Origin: Spirochaetia bacterium
GTDB lineage: Bacteria; Spirochaetota; Spirochaetia; UBA9216
Assembly: GCA_963675665.1 (NCBI GenBank)
Contig: OY776510.1
Location: 416,001-480,000 of the forward strand
Length of the DNA stretch: 64,000 bases
Direction of reading: 5' to 3'
The notes beneath the pieces are model-generated. The model saw only the letters and a program-made list of their open reading frames with translations. It did no database searches and was not told the DNA's origin. The stretch's first letter is position 1; each line of letters opens with the position of its first letter. Positions 29,788-39,637 of this stretch are shown here, one piece after another. Both the position numbers and the translations under genes were made by a program.

Positions 29788-32097
29788 TTATTGAAGGGAA
29801 AGACTTTTTGATTTTCTGCCCATTGCCCTGAAACTAAAATATATGGCAAGTGCAAGGATTACGGGAACTACTATCCAGACTACCTGACCTCCCTGAAAAA
29901 TCTGATAGAACAGGGTAGCAACAATCCAGGCGAGAAGGGTCAGGTAAGTAACGAGAAGTGTTCCGTAGGCCCTGCCTGTTTCCTGAACGGCTACACCCAG
30001 GGCGGCAACGCATGGAAAGTAGATCAGAATAAAGAGAAGATAAGCATAGGCGCTTACGGGCGTAAAGTTGTTCCTCAGCCCGGTAAAGACGCTGTCTCCG
30101 GTTTCAAGCTCTTCGCCTGTCACCTCTTCATCTCCGTTAATAATTCCGGCGCCGAAGGGATCGGACAGACCGCCGAAGATGCCGGCAAGGTTTTCTCCGA
30201 GGGTTATAAAAGCTTCGCCGAGAACCGGGCCGAGCCCCCATCCGGAATCATCATCGCTTTCGGCAGCATCTTCCGTAACAGCTTCCTGCGCATACAGAGA
30301 ATTCAACGTTCCGACCACAGCTTCTTTGGCAAAAAGGCCGGTAAACAGACTTACGGTGGCAGGCCAATTCTCCTTTTCAATTCCCATGGGGGTAAAAATC
30401 GGAGTAATAGCTTTTCCTACAACAGATAAAACCGATTCTTCCGAATCTTCATTTCCGAAGGAACCGTCCGTTCCAAGCGAGTTGAAAAACGCCAGAACCA
30501 GCACGACAAGAATGATCACCTTTCCCGCCCTGAAAAGGTAAACTTTAAGTCTCCGCCAGGCGCTTTTTGTTATCTGCCCCAAACGCGGTCGGTGATATTC
30601 GGGCAACTCCATGACAAAAGGAGAGTATTCACCCTTCAGGATACTGCTTTTAAGTAATAGTCCCGTAAGAATTGCCAGCACAATCCCCGCTGCGTAAATC
30701 GAGAATACAACGGCTCCGGAACGTGTTCCAAAAAAAGCGGCTGTGAACAGCGCATAAACAGGCAGACGGGCACCGCAGGACATAAACGGGGACATAAAGA
30801 TGGTCATGAATCTGTCCCGCCTCGATTCCAGAGTCCTGGTCGCCATAATAGCCGGAACAGTACAGCCGAAACCGACAAGCATGGGAACAAACGCCTTGCC
30901 CGGTAGACCGATTGCCCTCATTGCACGGTCCATAACAAAAGCAGCTCTGGACATGTACCCGGAATCTTCAAGAATAGCCAGCATAAAAAACATTACAAAA
31001 ATAATGGGAACAAAAGTCGAAACGGTCTGAATACCTCCGCCAATACCGCCTGCGATTATCGAAGTAAGCCATTCCGGACTTCCGATATTCGACAGCAGAG
31101 TTCCGAGACCGTCGACAAAGATTCCGCCGAAAACAATATCAAACCAGTCTATAAATGCGCCGCCGATGCTCATTGTTACCCAGAAAACAAGGTACATAAC
31201 ACCTATAAAAATTGGAATGCCCCAGATCCTGTGCATAAGAAGTTTATCCGCTCCGCTGGAAGTTTCCGCTTTTTCTTCAGGATGCTTAACACAAGAATCA
31301 CAAACCCCGGTAATCCATGAATAACGATCTTCGGCAACACTCATATCAACGCTTGTTTTCATTGAGGCTTCCAGCTTTTCAATTTGGGCATCTACTTCAA
31401 TACGTTTGATACTCCCCTCTGCAAGCGAAGTTATATATTCATCTTCCTCGAGAAGGTTAACAGCAAGAAATTTTGAATTGATTTTTAATTCTTTGGCAAG
31501 CGCCCCCAGCCTTAAGGCAAGAGTCCCTACCGCCGCTTCGATTTCCGGAGAGTATTCAACTGGATAAACCGAAACCGACGGCAATTTTTCAAGCACACTG
31601 ATTAATTCATTCCTGAAATTATCCAGGCTATCCTTTCTTACTGCAGAAAGCGGAATTACCGGGCAGCCGAGCTTCAGGGAAAGTTTTTCAACATCTATGC
31701 CGAGGCCTTCCTTTTCTGCCGCATCCATCATATTAAGTGCTATAACAACCGGAAGTCCGGCTTCCAGAATCGTTCCGGTCAGATAAAGATTACGTTCAAG
31801 ATTTGCCGCATCAATAATACTGACAACACAATCAACATTACCGCTGATGAGAAAATCACGTGCGACGCGCTCATCTTCAGACTCTGCAGAAAGACTGTAT
31901 ATACCGGGAAGATCAACTACTCTGTAATCCGACTTTTTCGTTTTTAACAGGCCCTGTTTGCGCTCAACAGTTACGCCGGGCCAGTTGCCGACTTTTGCGG
32001 TGGAACCGGTAAGTCCGTTAAAAATTGTAGTCTTTCCGCAATTCGGATTACCCGCGAGCGCTACCGTTATTGTTTTTGTTTCTGTTGCAGTATTCAT
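29788..32097 (-). CDS. feoB: Ferrous iron transporter B
   Basis: GNPNCGKT, NWPGVTVE, DLPGIYSL, NMMD, LEDSGYMSR, GFGCTVPA, MSCGARLP, YFPC. Confidence 0.97.
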   Translation of the reverse strand: MNTATETKTITVALAGNPNCGKTTIFNGLTGSTAKVGNWPGVTVERKQGLLKTKKSDYRVVDLPGIYSLSAESEDERVARDFLISGNVDCVVSIIDAANLERNLYLTGTILEAGLPVVIALNMMDAAEKEGLGIDVEKLSLKLGCPVIPLSAVRKDSLDNFRNELISVLEKLPSVSVYPVEYSPEIEAAVGTLALRLGALAKELKINSKFLAVNLLEEDEYITSLAEGSIKRIEVDAQIEKLEASMKTSVDMSVAEDRYSWITGVCDSCVKHPEEKAETSSGADKLLMHRIWGIPIFIGVMYLVFWVTMSIGGAFIDWFDIVFGGIFVDGLGTLLSNIGSPEWLTSIIAGGIGGGIQTVSTFVPIIFVMFFMLAILEDSGYMSRAAFVMDRAMRAIGLPGKAFVPMLVGFGCTVPAIMATRTLESRRDRFMTIFMSPFMSCGARLPVYALFTAAFFGTRSGAVVFSIYAAGIVLAILTGLLLKSSILKGEYSPFVMELPEYHRPRLGQITKSAWRRLKVYLFRAGKVIILVVLVLAFFNSLGTDGSFGNEDSEESVLSVVGKAITPIFTPMGIEKENWPATVSLFTGLFAKEAVVGTLNSLYAQEAVTEDAAESDDDSGWGLGPVLGEAFITLGENLAGIFGGLSDPFGAGIINGDEEVTGEELETGDSVFTGLRNNFTPVSAYAYLLFILIYFPCVAALGVAVQETGRAYGTLLVTYLTLLAWIVATLFYQIFQGGQVVWIVVPVILALAIYFSFRAMGRKSKSLSLQ

Positions 32098-32336
32098 TTG
32101 CAGGCCTCCAGCTCAAGAACCTCGGCTTCAGCCTTGCGGAGGCTGAGGTTATAGCCCCTGACCGATATTTCAACCGGATCGCCCAGCGGCGCTGTTTTCT
32201 TCATTACTATTTCAGTGCCCTGAGTAAGGCCGAAAGACAAAAGTTTTCTGCGGTAGTCTTTCCTGCCTTCCCGGTAGCCCGTTATGACCGCCTTTTCTTC
32301 AGGTTTCATAGCCGACAATTTAAGCAGCTCTTTCAT
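32094..32336 (-). CDS. feoA: Ferrous iron transport protein A
   Basis: RKLLSFGL..G, APLGDP, LSLRK.EA. Confidence 0.93.
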   Translation of the reverse strand: MKELLKLSAMKPEEKAVITGYREGRKDYRRKLLSFGLTQGTEIVMKKTAPLGDPVEISVRGYNLSLRKAEAEVLELEACK

Positions 32337-32593
32337 TATTTCTCTCCCTCTAATATTATTCCGGTCAGCATTTCACGGCCCAGCATTACCTTTCTGCGGT
32401 TTATTTCGATAACGCACGGACCATGTTTGTATCCGTTTATCAATCTCATCTCTGCACCGGGCCTTAACCCAAGACCAAGCATCTTTGCCCTGAACCCTCG
32501 TCCCGGCCCGAGTTCCGCGATACAGGCTTTCTGTCCTTCTTTCAAATCTGCTGCAGTTGAAAAATGGTACCCGCGACATCTTTTTTGTCTCAT
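32336..32593 (-). CDS. feoA: Second FeoA-family protein
   Basis: MLGLGLRPG, GP..I, LGR.M; ATG 32593 after AAGGGG. Confidence 0.85.
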   Translation of the reverse strand: MRQKRCRGYHFSTAADLKEGQKACIAELGPGRGFRAKMLGLGLRPGAEMRLINGYKHGPCVIEINRRKVMLGREMLTGIILEGEK

Positions 32594-32614
32594 AAGGATC
32601 CCCTTGCAAACTTT

Positions 32615-32657
32615 ATTAGTCTTAGCTAATGCTATCACAAACCATAGTTAATGTCAA
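32615..32657 (-). promoter_or_regulatory. feo promoter with overlapping DtxR-type palindrome
   Basis: TTGACA-17 bp-TAGCAT with TG extension; ATTAG-N6-CTAAT palindrome at 32615-32630 over the predicted start site. Confidence 0.72.
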
Positions 32658-32739
32658 TTAACCATGGTCGAGTCGGGCAAAATCAGAAAGAAATATCGCT
32701 TTTGCGCCGTAATCATAAGAAAAAACCTTGATCTATAAC

Positions 32740-32753
32740 ATAACACACGTTAT
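32740..32753. promoter_or_regulatory. Candidate TetR operator
   Basis: ATAAC-ACAC-GTTAT palindrome upstream of the DUF2141-tetR operon. Confidence 0.45.
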
Positions 32754-32797
32754 ATTATAGGTGTTATAAAACGGTTGTAATATATTTGGAGTTGGCA

Positions 32798-33232
32798 ATG
32801 CTTTCAAAAAAAACGGGACTTATCCTGGTTTTTATTCTTCTTGTTTCATCAGGATACAGACTCAACGCCCAGCTGAACGCCGGCGGAACAGTTTACTGTA
32901 AAAGCGGCAGGGACGGAACCCTTCTGATAATGCTTGTAGACGAGGAAACATTCAGCAGGCCCATGACGGGCCTGGCCGTAAAAGAGATCAGGGTTTCTTC
33001 GGGCGCCGCATTGATAGATTTTGAATTCGATAATGTCCCGCCGGGCATCTACGGTATAAGATGCTTTGTAGACACCGACGGCAATGAAAAACTCAACAGG
33101 GGGCTGTTTGGGCCCTCCGAACCCTGGGGGATGAGCTGGAATGAAACCGCCCATCCCGGATGGCCCGAATTCAGCATGATTTCATTCAAACTCGAAAAGA
33201 ATCTGTCGGGCCTGAAGATAACCGTTGAATGA
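32798..33232 (+). CDS. DUF2141 family secreted protein
   Basis: F.NVPPGIYGI..F.D.DGN.KLN...GP.EPWGMS. Confidence 0.8.
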   Translation: MLSKKTGLILVFILLVSSGYRLNAQLNAGGTVYCKSGRDGTLLIMLVDEETFSRPMTGLAVKEIRVSSGAALIDFEFDNVPPGIYGIRCFVDTDGNEKLNRGLFGPSEPWGMSWNETAHPGWPEFSMISFKLEKNLSGLKITVE

Positions 33233-33254
33233 TATAAATAAAAATGGAGGGAAT

Positions 33255-33869
33255 ATGCCGCCGAAAGGTAAATACAATTCGGAAATAATTATTGAAGCAG
33301 CATTTGAACTTGTGAGGGAAGAGGGCTTTGAACAGCTGTCCGCAAGAAATATTGCAAAGAGGCTCGGATGCTCAACCCAGCCAATATACAGTTTTTTTAA
33401 TTCGATTGAAGAACTGGAAGAAGTCCTGATGAAACGGGTAAAGCGCTACTCACAGGATCTTATCCTGGAATATGAAGACAGCGAGAGCAACTTTCTCGCT
33501 ACCGGCCTGGGTTATTTCCTGTTCGCCCGAAACGAACCGGAACTTTTCAAGGGACTTTTTGTAAAGGGCGGGTGGAGATGGAATTTCACCGCAGATGATC
33601 CTTTTTCGGCTCCTATTCTAATAAAAATGAAGAAGGATAAGTTTTTGGAAAAACTCAAGGAGGAAAAGCTTCTTGATCTTTTCAGGGATATGTTCATATA
33701 CACTCACGGACTGGCTACCCAGGATTACCTGAGCGACACTCCCGTGAGTCTCGAAGAGGCCAGGGAACTTCTTCAAAGGTTGGGGGGAGTGCTAATCGTC
33801 AGCGCCACGATCTCCGGAAAATTTGAAATAGAGAAACTCATGAGGAGGTTTCACGGATGGAACGATTAA
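33255..33869 (+). CDS. TetR/AcrR family regulator
   Basis: MPPK..IIEAAFELVREEG..LSARNIA..LGCSTQPIYS.F; ATG 33255 after GGAGG. Confidence 0.9.
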   Translation: MPPKGKYNSEIIIEAAFELVREEGFEQLSARNIAKRLGCSTQPIYSFFNSIEELEEVLMKRVKRYSQDLILEYEDSESNFLATGLGYFLFARNEPELFKGLFVKGGWRWNFTADDPFSAPILIKMKKDKFLEKLKEEKLLDLFRDMFIYTHGLATQDYLSDTPVSLEEARELLQRLGGVLIVSATISGKFEIEKLMRRFHGWND

Positions 33870-35260
33870 AAATAATCATATTAAACGGTTCTCCCAAGGG
33901 AGAAACAAGCGTCTCGGTTCAGTATATGCGTTACCTTGAGTTACGCTTCCCTCAACATAATTATGAATTTATTAACGCGGCACAGAACTGCACAAAATAC
34001 GAAAAGAACCGGGCAGCTTTTGAAACTGTTATGGATAAAATCGATAATTCCGACCTGGTCCTTTGGGCTTTTCCGCTGTATTACATGCTTGTCTGCTCAC
34101 AGTACAAACGCTTTATCGAACTTGTTTTCGAACGGGAAAAAACCGGCACATTCAAAGGCAAATATACTGCCGCATTAAGCACCTCGATACATTTTTTCGA
34201 TCATACGGCAATAAACTACATTCAGGCTGTCTGCGATGACCTCGGAATGAACTTCCTTGAAGGAATTACTGCAAAAATGGACGACCTCCGTAATGAAGAT
34301 TTTCGAACAGGTTTCGACAAACTATTTTCCGGTTGGGCGCAATCGGTAAGAACCGGACGACCGGTATCCAGGGGTTTTGCCCCGGTTACAAATGAAACAT
34401 TCAGCTTCGTCCCGGAAAACACAAACTCAATTGTTCAGCAACCCGGCCCGCAGAAGGTTTGCATAGTAGGAGATCTTGAACACAAAGACAGCAACGTCCG
34501 GAAAATGGCTGCCCTGGCTGCCGGCATTAAACCCGGAGCGGAAACAATAGATCTCGGCAGTCTGAAATTCGGGCCCTGCGCCGGGTGCCTTAAGTGCGGA
34601 TTCGACAACATCTGCGCCTATGAAGGCAAAGATAATCTAATCAACCTTCACCGAAATACGATTCTTAAGGCTGATATAATCATTTTTACCGGGGCTATAC
34701 ACGACCGTTACCTTTCATCTGTATGGCAGCGATATCTTGAAAGAACATTTAACTACACTCATCAGCCGAGACTTGTCGGAAAACAGATAGGGTTTATTAT
34801 AAGCGGCCCGCTTGCACAGAACCACAATATCAGGGAAATCCTGCAGGGATATGCCGAAACCATGGGCGGAAACCTGCTTGGGTTTGTAACAGATGAGCCT
34901 GCCGACAACAGCCTTGTATCCCGAAGTATTGAACATCTTATGCATCAGGCTCACGATTGGAATAAAGCAGGCGTCAGAAAACCAAAAAGCTTTTTGGGCA
35001 TCGGCGGCATGAAGATTTTCCGTGATGACATATACAGTCACCTGCGGTTCGTTTTTCAGGCCGACCATGAATTTTACAAACAGCAAGGACTTTATGATTT
35101 TCCGCAAAAAAGGTTTATAATGGCAATGGCAATATCAGCCGGCATGTTGCTTACAAAAATACCGCCGTTGAGGAAAAAGATCAGGCAGCAACTGAGGCAG
35201 GGGATGATAAATCCCTATAAAAAGCTGTTCAGCAAAATATTACCGGCAGGAGTGAAATGA
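33857..35260 (+). CDS. Tandem flavodoxin-fold NAD(P)H-dependent oxidoreductase / Fe-S flavoprotein
   Basis: LNGSPKG, FPLY; second domain with CAGCLKC..C. Confidence 0.78.
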   Translation: MERLKIIILNGSPKGETSVSVQYMRYLELRFPQHNYEFINAAQNCTKYEKNRAAFETVMDKIDNSDLVLWAFPLYYMLVCSQYKRFIELVFEREKTGTFKGKYTAALSTSIHFFDHTAINYIQAVCDDLGMNFLEGITAKMDDLRNEDFRTGFDKLFSGWAQSVRTGRPVSRGFAPVTNETFSFVPENTNSIVQQPGPQKVCIVGDLEHKDSNVRKMAALAAGIKPGAETIDLGSLKFGPCAGCLKCGFDNICAYEGKDNLINLHRNTILKADIIIFTGAIHDRYLSSVWQRYLERTFNYTHQPRLVGKQIGFIISGPLAQNHNIREILQGYAETMGGNLLGFVTDEPADNSLVSRSIEHLMHQAHDWNKAGVRKPKSFLGIGGMKIFRDDIYSHLRFVFQADHEFYKQQGLYDFPQKRFIMAMAISAGMLLTKIPPLRKKIRQQLRQGMINPYKKLFSKILPAGVK

Positions 35261-35745
35261 TGTATTATACACAATTCAAAACTCAATTCTGCGAAATAAT
35301 TCTTGCAGGAAATGATGAAGGTCTGAAGTTTCTGCAAATGAATACAAACGACGGAAAAGGCCTTTTCAGGGTTTCGCCGGACTGGGTGCGAAAAGATGCC
35401 TTTTTCTCCGGCATTGTTACACAGATTAATGAATATTTTACCGGCTCCAGACAGACTTTTGACGTGCGGCTTGCACCAGACGGCACAGATTTTCAGAAAA
35501 GCGTGTGGAAGCAATTGCAGGGAATTCCCTACGGTGAAACCCGAACCTACGGCGAGATTGCCGCTGCAGCAGGAAACCCGTCCGCCGTGCGCGCAGTAGG
35601 CGGTGCAAGCAGCCGCAACCCGGTACCGCTGATAATACCCTGCCACCGGGTAATTGGTGCGGGGGGAAAACTTACGGGATTCGTGTACGGCCTCAAGCTA
35701 AAAAAACAGCTCCTGGAGTTTGAAAAAGCAAATCTGTCAAAATAA
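35257..35745 (+). CDS. ogt: Methylated-DNA-protein-cysteine methyltransferase
   Basis: GTDFQ..VW..L..IPYG, RAVG, IPCHRV. Confidence 0.95.
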   Translation: MMYYTQFKTQFCEIILAGNDEGLKFLQMNTNDGKGLFRVSPDWVRKDAFFSGIVTQINEYFTGSRQTFDVRLAPDGTDFQKSVWKQLQGIPYGETRTYGEIAAAAGNPSAVRAVGGASSRNPVPLIIPCHRVIGAGGKLTGFVYGLKLKKQLLEFEKANLSK

Positions 35746-35837
35746 CAGGTATTTCAGAGCTTACGGGAAAAAGATCAATTCACCCCTTTGAGAACCGCCG
35801 GTCCCTATGTTATTCTTCCGTATCAGGAGAAAATATT

Positions 35838-36359
35838 ATGAAAAAAGGATATATTCAGGTATATACGGGCGACGGCAAAGGGAAAACCACTGCGTCAATA
35901 GGTCTCGCGGTCAGGGCGCTCGGCGCCGGAATGAAGGTATATTTCGGCCAATTTTTGAAAAACCACCCTTACAGCGAGGTAAAAGGCCTTGCAAGCTTTC
36001 CAGGCAACAATTTAAAGCAGGAGCAATTCGGTACAAAGCGCAGCATCAGCGATCCGATGACTGAGGCTGATTATGAAGCGGCCCTTACAGGAATTGAAAC
36101 TATTGAAAAAGAAATGCTTGAGGGCGGTTACGACCTTATGATCCTTGATGAGTTCAATCTTGTAGCCGGCTATAATATCGTAGCTGAAGAACGCCTGAAA
36201 GAATTTATAAGTAAAAAACCCGACACTACCGAACTTGTGTTTACCGGCCGATCAGCTCCTGAATGGCTTAAAGAACGTGCTGATCTTGTAACTGAAATGA
36301 AAATGATAAAACACTATTATGAAAAAGGCATTCCGGCAAGAAAAGGAATTGAACTTTAA
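35838..36359 (+). CDS. cobO: Cob(I)alamin adenosyltransferase (CobA/CobO/BtuR type)
   Basis: YTGDGKGKTT, QFLK, ILDE, TGR, ADLVTEM, ARKGIE. Confidence 0.9.
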   Translation: MKKGYIQVYTGDGKGKTTASIGLAVRALGAGMKVYFGQFLKNHPYSEVKGLASFPGNNLKQEQFGTKRSISDPMTEADYEAALTGIETIEKEMLEGGYDLMILDEFNLVAGYNIVAEERLKEFISKKPDTTELVFTGRSAPEWLKERADLVTEMKMIKHYYEKGIPARKGIEL

Positions 36360-36384
36360 CCGGCAACACCAGAAAGGAGACACT

Positions 36385-36864
36385 ATGTCATCAGAATTTT
36401 ACAGTTTTACTTTGGAACTTGGCAACGGAGAAAAAAAATCCATGAGCGAGTATTCCGGTAAGGTGGTTCTCATTGTAAACACGGCAAGTGAATGCATTCT
36501 CACTCCTCAGTATGAAGGTTTTCAGAAGCTTTATAAAAAATACAAGGATGCCGGTCTTGAAATACTTGCTTTCCCATGTGATCAGTTTGCCCATCAGGAA
36601 CCCGGAACAGATGAAGAAATTCTTCAATTCTGCAAAGTTAATTACGGCGTCAGTTTTCCGGTTTCCAGAAAAATAAATGTAAACGGCAAAAACACCGATC
36701 CGCTTTATAAATATCTTAAAAAAGAAGTGAAAACAAGGTTCGGAACTTCAATAAAATGGAACTTTACAAAATTCCTGGTTGATCGCACTGGAAAACCTGT
36801 AAAAAGGTTTAAACCGGAAACACTTCCCGAAGAGCTCGAAACAGAGATAGAAGCCTTATTGTAA
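36385..36864 (+). CDS. Cys-type glutathione peroxidase
   Basis: VNTASEC, FPCDQF..QEPG, KWNFTKFLV; ATG 36385 after AGGAG. Confidence 0.93.
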   Translation: MSSEFYSFTLELGNGEKKSMSEYSGKVVLIVNTASECILTPQYEGFQKLYKKYKDAGLEILAFPCDQFAHQEPGTDEEILQFCKVNYGVSFPVSRKINVNGKNTDPLYKYLKKEVKTRFGTSIKWNFTKFLVDRTGKPVKRFKPETLPEELETEIEALL

Positions 36865-36893
36865 CAATACAGGATAATAAATTGCCGTTTATA

Positions 36894-36938
36894 TTGACAA
36901 AAAGATAAAACCACGCTATCTTTATACAAGCTTGTATA
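36894..36938 (+). promoter_or_regulatory. padR promoter and operator
   Basis: TTGACA-17 bp-TATCTT followed by the perfect palindrome TATACAAGCTTGTATA (36923-36938). Confidence 0.75.
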
Positions 36939-36950
36939 TTAAAGGTTAAT

Positions 36951-37487
36951 ATGTCTGTAAAACTTGTCCTTCTCGGGATGCTGAAACATGAACCGATGCA
37001 CGGGTACGAACTCAAAGCCAGGATTGAACAGGAAATGGGAGACTGGACTTCAATAGCATTCGGTTCCATTTATTTCGCGCTTAAAAAGCTTACTGAAGAA
37101 GGCTTTGTTGAACAGGCAGGCCATGAACAGCACGGAAACAGGCCTTCCAGGATAATATACAGGATCACAAAAAAGGGTGAAAATGAGTTTTATAATCTTC
37201 TTGTTAAAACATGGACCGGACATGACAGGCAGTATTTTCCTTTGGACATCGGCCTGTATTTTCTAAATGAACTTGATACTGAAAAAAGACTGGAACTGGT
37301 TCGAAACCGGATAATGGAAGCCGAATATGTGCTTAAAAACCTCAGGCTCCATCAGTCGACAGAAATGAAGAACCCGTATATTCCCCCAATTGCGAATTCA
37401 ATCTTTACACACAGTCTGTATCATCTTGAAGCAGAACGTGACTGGCTACGGGAGGTTGAAATGAATCTGACGGAAGGAAATTATTAA
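36951..37487 (+). CDS. PadR family regulator
   Basis: LGML..EPMHGYEL, GSIYFALKKL..EG, YRIT.KG. Confidence 0.92.
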   Translation: MSVKLVLLGMLKHEPMHGYELKARIEQEMGDWTSIAFGSIYFALKKLTEEGFVEQAGHEQHGNRPSRIIYRITKKGENEFYNLLVKTWTGHDRQYFPLDIGLYFLNELDTEKRLELVRNRIMEAEYVLKNLRLHQSTEMKNPYIPPIANSIFTHSLYHLEAERDWLREVEMNLTEGNY

Positions 37488-37510
37488 GTAATGTATTTTT
37501 TTAATCTTAT

Positions 37511-37526
37511 TATACAAGTTTGTATA
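37511..37526. promoter_or_regulatory. Second copy of the PadR operator
   Basis: TATACAAGTTTGTATA, 15/16 identical to the site upstream of padR. Confidence 0.72.
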
Positions 37527-37561
37527 TTTAATCTTGTATTCATAAAACCAGGAGGAATAAA

Positions 37562-38227
37562 ATGAACAGAACAAGAGTAATCGAAACAAACGAAGGGATT
37601 CAGGCTGAAGCGACAGTCCGGGATTTCAACCTCTTTCAGCGCAGTTTCCGTGATCGCGGAATTCTGGAGACGGACGCAATCATACAAAGCGGAATAAACA
37701 GTGGAGTCGCCGTAGAGATAGGCCCCGGCCCGGGCTACCTCGGCCTTGAATGGCTAAAAAATACAGACGGAACAAAGCTCACCGGCGTAGAAATCAGCCG
37801 GGCCATGATCAGGCAGGCGGAAACCAACCGTAGCGAATACAGCCTTGACGAACGGGCAAGCTATATTGAAGGCAGCGCCCTTTCGGTTCCGCTTGAGAAC
37901 AATTCAGCCGATCACGTCTTCTCCAACGGCTCGCTGCACGAATGGGAAAACCCGTACCTGGTTCTTTCCGAAGCATACAGGGTTCTTAAACCAGGCGGAA
38001 GACTTTTTATTAGTGATCTGAAAAGAAACATCAACCCGATTATCGTAGCAGTGATGCTGTTAACCGTCAAAGGCAAGGTAATGAAAGCGGGCTTCCTGAG
38101 CTCTCTTCGGGCAGCCTACACGGCTGATGAGGTCCGCAGGCTTCTGGAATGGTCTGCTTTTAACAAGTATGACGTTCGGGAAAGCGTATTCGGGCTGGAA
38201 CTGACCGCGGAGAAAAATATGGACTGA
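37562..38227 (+). CDS. Class I SAM-dependent methyltransferase
   Basis: VEIGPGPG, GVEIS..M, LHEW, RVLKPGG. Confidence 0.9.
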   Translation: MNRTRVIETNEGIQAEATVRDFNLFQRSFRDRGILETDAIIQSGINSGVAVEIGPGPGYLGLEWLKNTDGTKLTGVEISRAMIRQAETNRSEYSLDERASYIEGSALSVPLENNSADHVFSNGSLHEWENPYLVLSEAYRVLKPGGRLFISDLKRNINPIIVAVMLLTVKGKVMKAGFLSSLRAAYTADEVRRLLEWSAFNKYDVRESVFGLELTAEKNMD

Positions 38228-38268
38228 TTTATCTGTACCGGCATGCCGACATTATAGTACAATAAAGC

Positions 38269-38805
38269 ATGAGATTATTTTATGCCGTTAACTTTACTCC
38301 CGAAACTGCTGCTATACTCAGAAAACTTCAGGTCAATCTTCGGGAACATGTGAGACACGGCCGGTGGGCGGAAATGGATAACCTCCACCTGACTCTTCAT
38401 TTTGTCGGAGAAGCGGAACCTGACGAGTTGCCGATCTTCAGGAAGGCTCTTGAAACCGCCGCTAAAGCAGTAGACCCGTTTTCAATAAGGTTTACATCAT
38501 ACGGATCGTTCAGGCAGGGAAAGCAGGATCTTATTTACATTAAAACCAAAAATACGGCAGACTCCCTTGAAACAGTTTCGGATATTCTGAAAGAACAGCT
38601 TAAACGCGGAGACATGAAATCTTTTACTCCACATATCACATTGGTCAGAAGGGCTGAGATGAATTACAGTACGCTCAAGCTGCTGAAAAAGCAGCGGTTT
38701 AATCTGCCGCCGTTCACTGTAAACTCCCTGGAACTTATGGAAAGCAGAAAAATCGACGGCAAACTGAAATATATACCGCTTCACTCGGTCAGTCTTAAAA
38801 ACTGA
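38269..38805 (+). CDS. thpR: RNA 2',3'-cyclic phosphodiesterase (2H family)
   Basis: MRLF.A, HLTL and HITL 2H motifs. Confidence 0.9.
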   Translation: MRLFYAVNFTPETAAILRKLQVNLREHVRHGRWAEMDNLHLTLHFVGEAEPDELPIFRKALETAAKAVDPFSIRFTSYGSFRQGKQDLIYIKTKNTADSLETVSDILKEQLKRGDMKSFTPHITLVRRAEMNYSTLKLLKKQRFNLPPFTVNSLELMESRKIDGKLKYIPLHSVSLKN

Positions 38806-38825
38806 TCTGTAAAGCTTCGACACCC

Positions 38826-39500
38826 CTATTCGACCGGCAAATTGTTTCTCATCCAGTCGCCTATTCCGTATCTCAGGTTATAAACCCTGCTGAAACCGGA
38901 ATCTATCAGCATTTTTGAAGCTACCGTGCTGCGATTGCCTGAAGCGCAGTAAACCAGAATATCCTGCTCTTTATACTCTTCAAGCTTTGCCATATTCTCT
39001 GCAAAAACCTGGACCGGAAGAAGACCGGCACCCGGGATATGTCCCGCTTTGTACTCATCAGGTGTGCGAACATCAAGAATAAGCGGGTTTACATTTTCAA
39101 TCAGCTCGGCAGCCTCCGCAGCTTTAAGCTCGTGATAATTCGGATTTTCAAGCTCAAGCACATGCAAAATTCCCGACTTATTACCCAGAGTGAACTTGTA
39201 GTCTCCACTTTCTTTCATCTTTACATAAGGTTTATCAGTCTCAGGTTTCGGCATGGTTTCATCAATTTCAAGATCCTGAACCCTGAACTGATAACTGCCG
39301 CCGTCTTCAAAATTGAAAACCACATAGTCTCCGCGATAGATTGTATATTCCAGAGCATCCGGACCGGAATCAACCTCAAGAACCCGTAGTCCCCCCTCAA
39401 TTGTTCCGGAGATATCTGTCGTCCCGCCCTCGGAACCGCCGCTTGCCGCAATCGGAAAAACAACCAATAGTCCTAGTAATATCATACCCAACAGTTTCAT
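38826..39500 (-). CDS. Secreted rhodanese-domain protein
   Basis: Signal peptide; LDVRTPDEY..GHIPGA, YCASGNRS. Confidence 0.87.
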   Translation of the reverse strand: MKLLGMILLGLLVVFPIAASGGSEGGTTDISGTIEGGLRVLEVDSGPDALEYTIYRGDYVVFNFEDGGSYQFRVQDLEIDETMPKPETDKPYVKMKESGDYKFTLGNKSGILHVLELENPNYHELKAAEAAELIENVNPLILDVRTPDEYKAGHIPGAGLLPVQVFAENMAKLEEYKEQDILVYCASGNRSTVASKMLIDSGFSRVYNLRYGIGDWMRNNLPVE

Positions 39501-39637
39501 AACTTACCTCGTTTATAGTTCTCTTATATAGTATATTAACTATATTTCACATCGTCCACTCTTTTTGTTTTTGTGACCATTCCAACAATCAAAATTGTAT
39601 CTTTACAACAATACACAGCTCGGGTAAGATTCCTGAA

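Noticed and set aside
35838-36864. cobO next to a BtuE-like peroxidase as a B12 uptake locus
   Set aside because: No btu transporter genes or cobalamin riboswitch are visible; the adjacency may be incidental.
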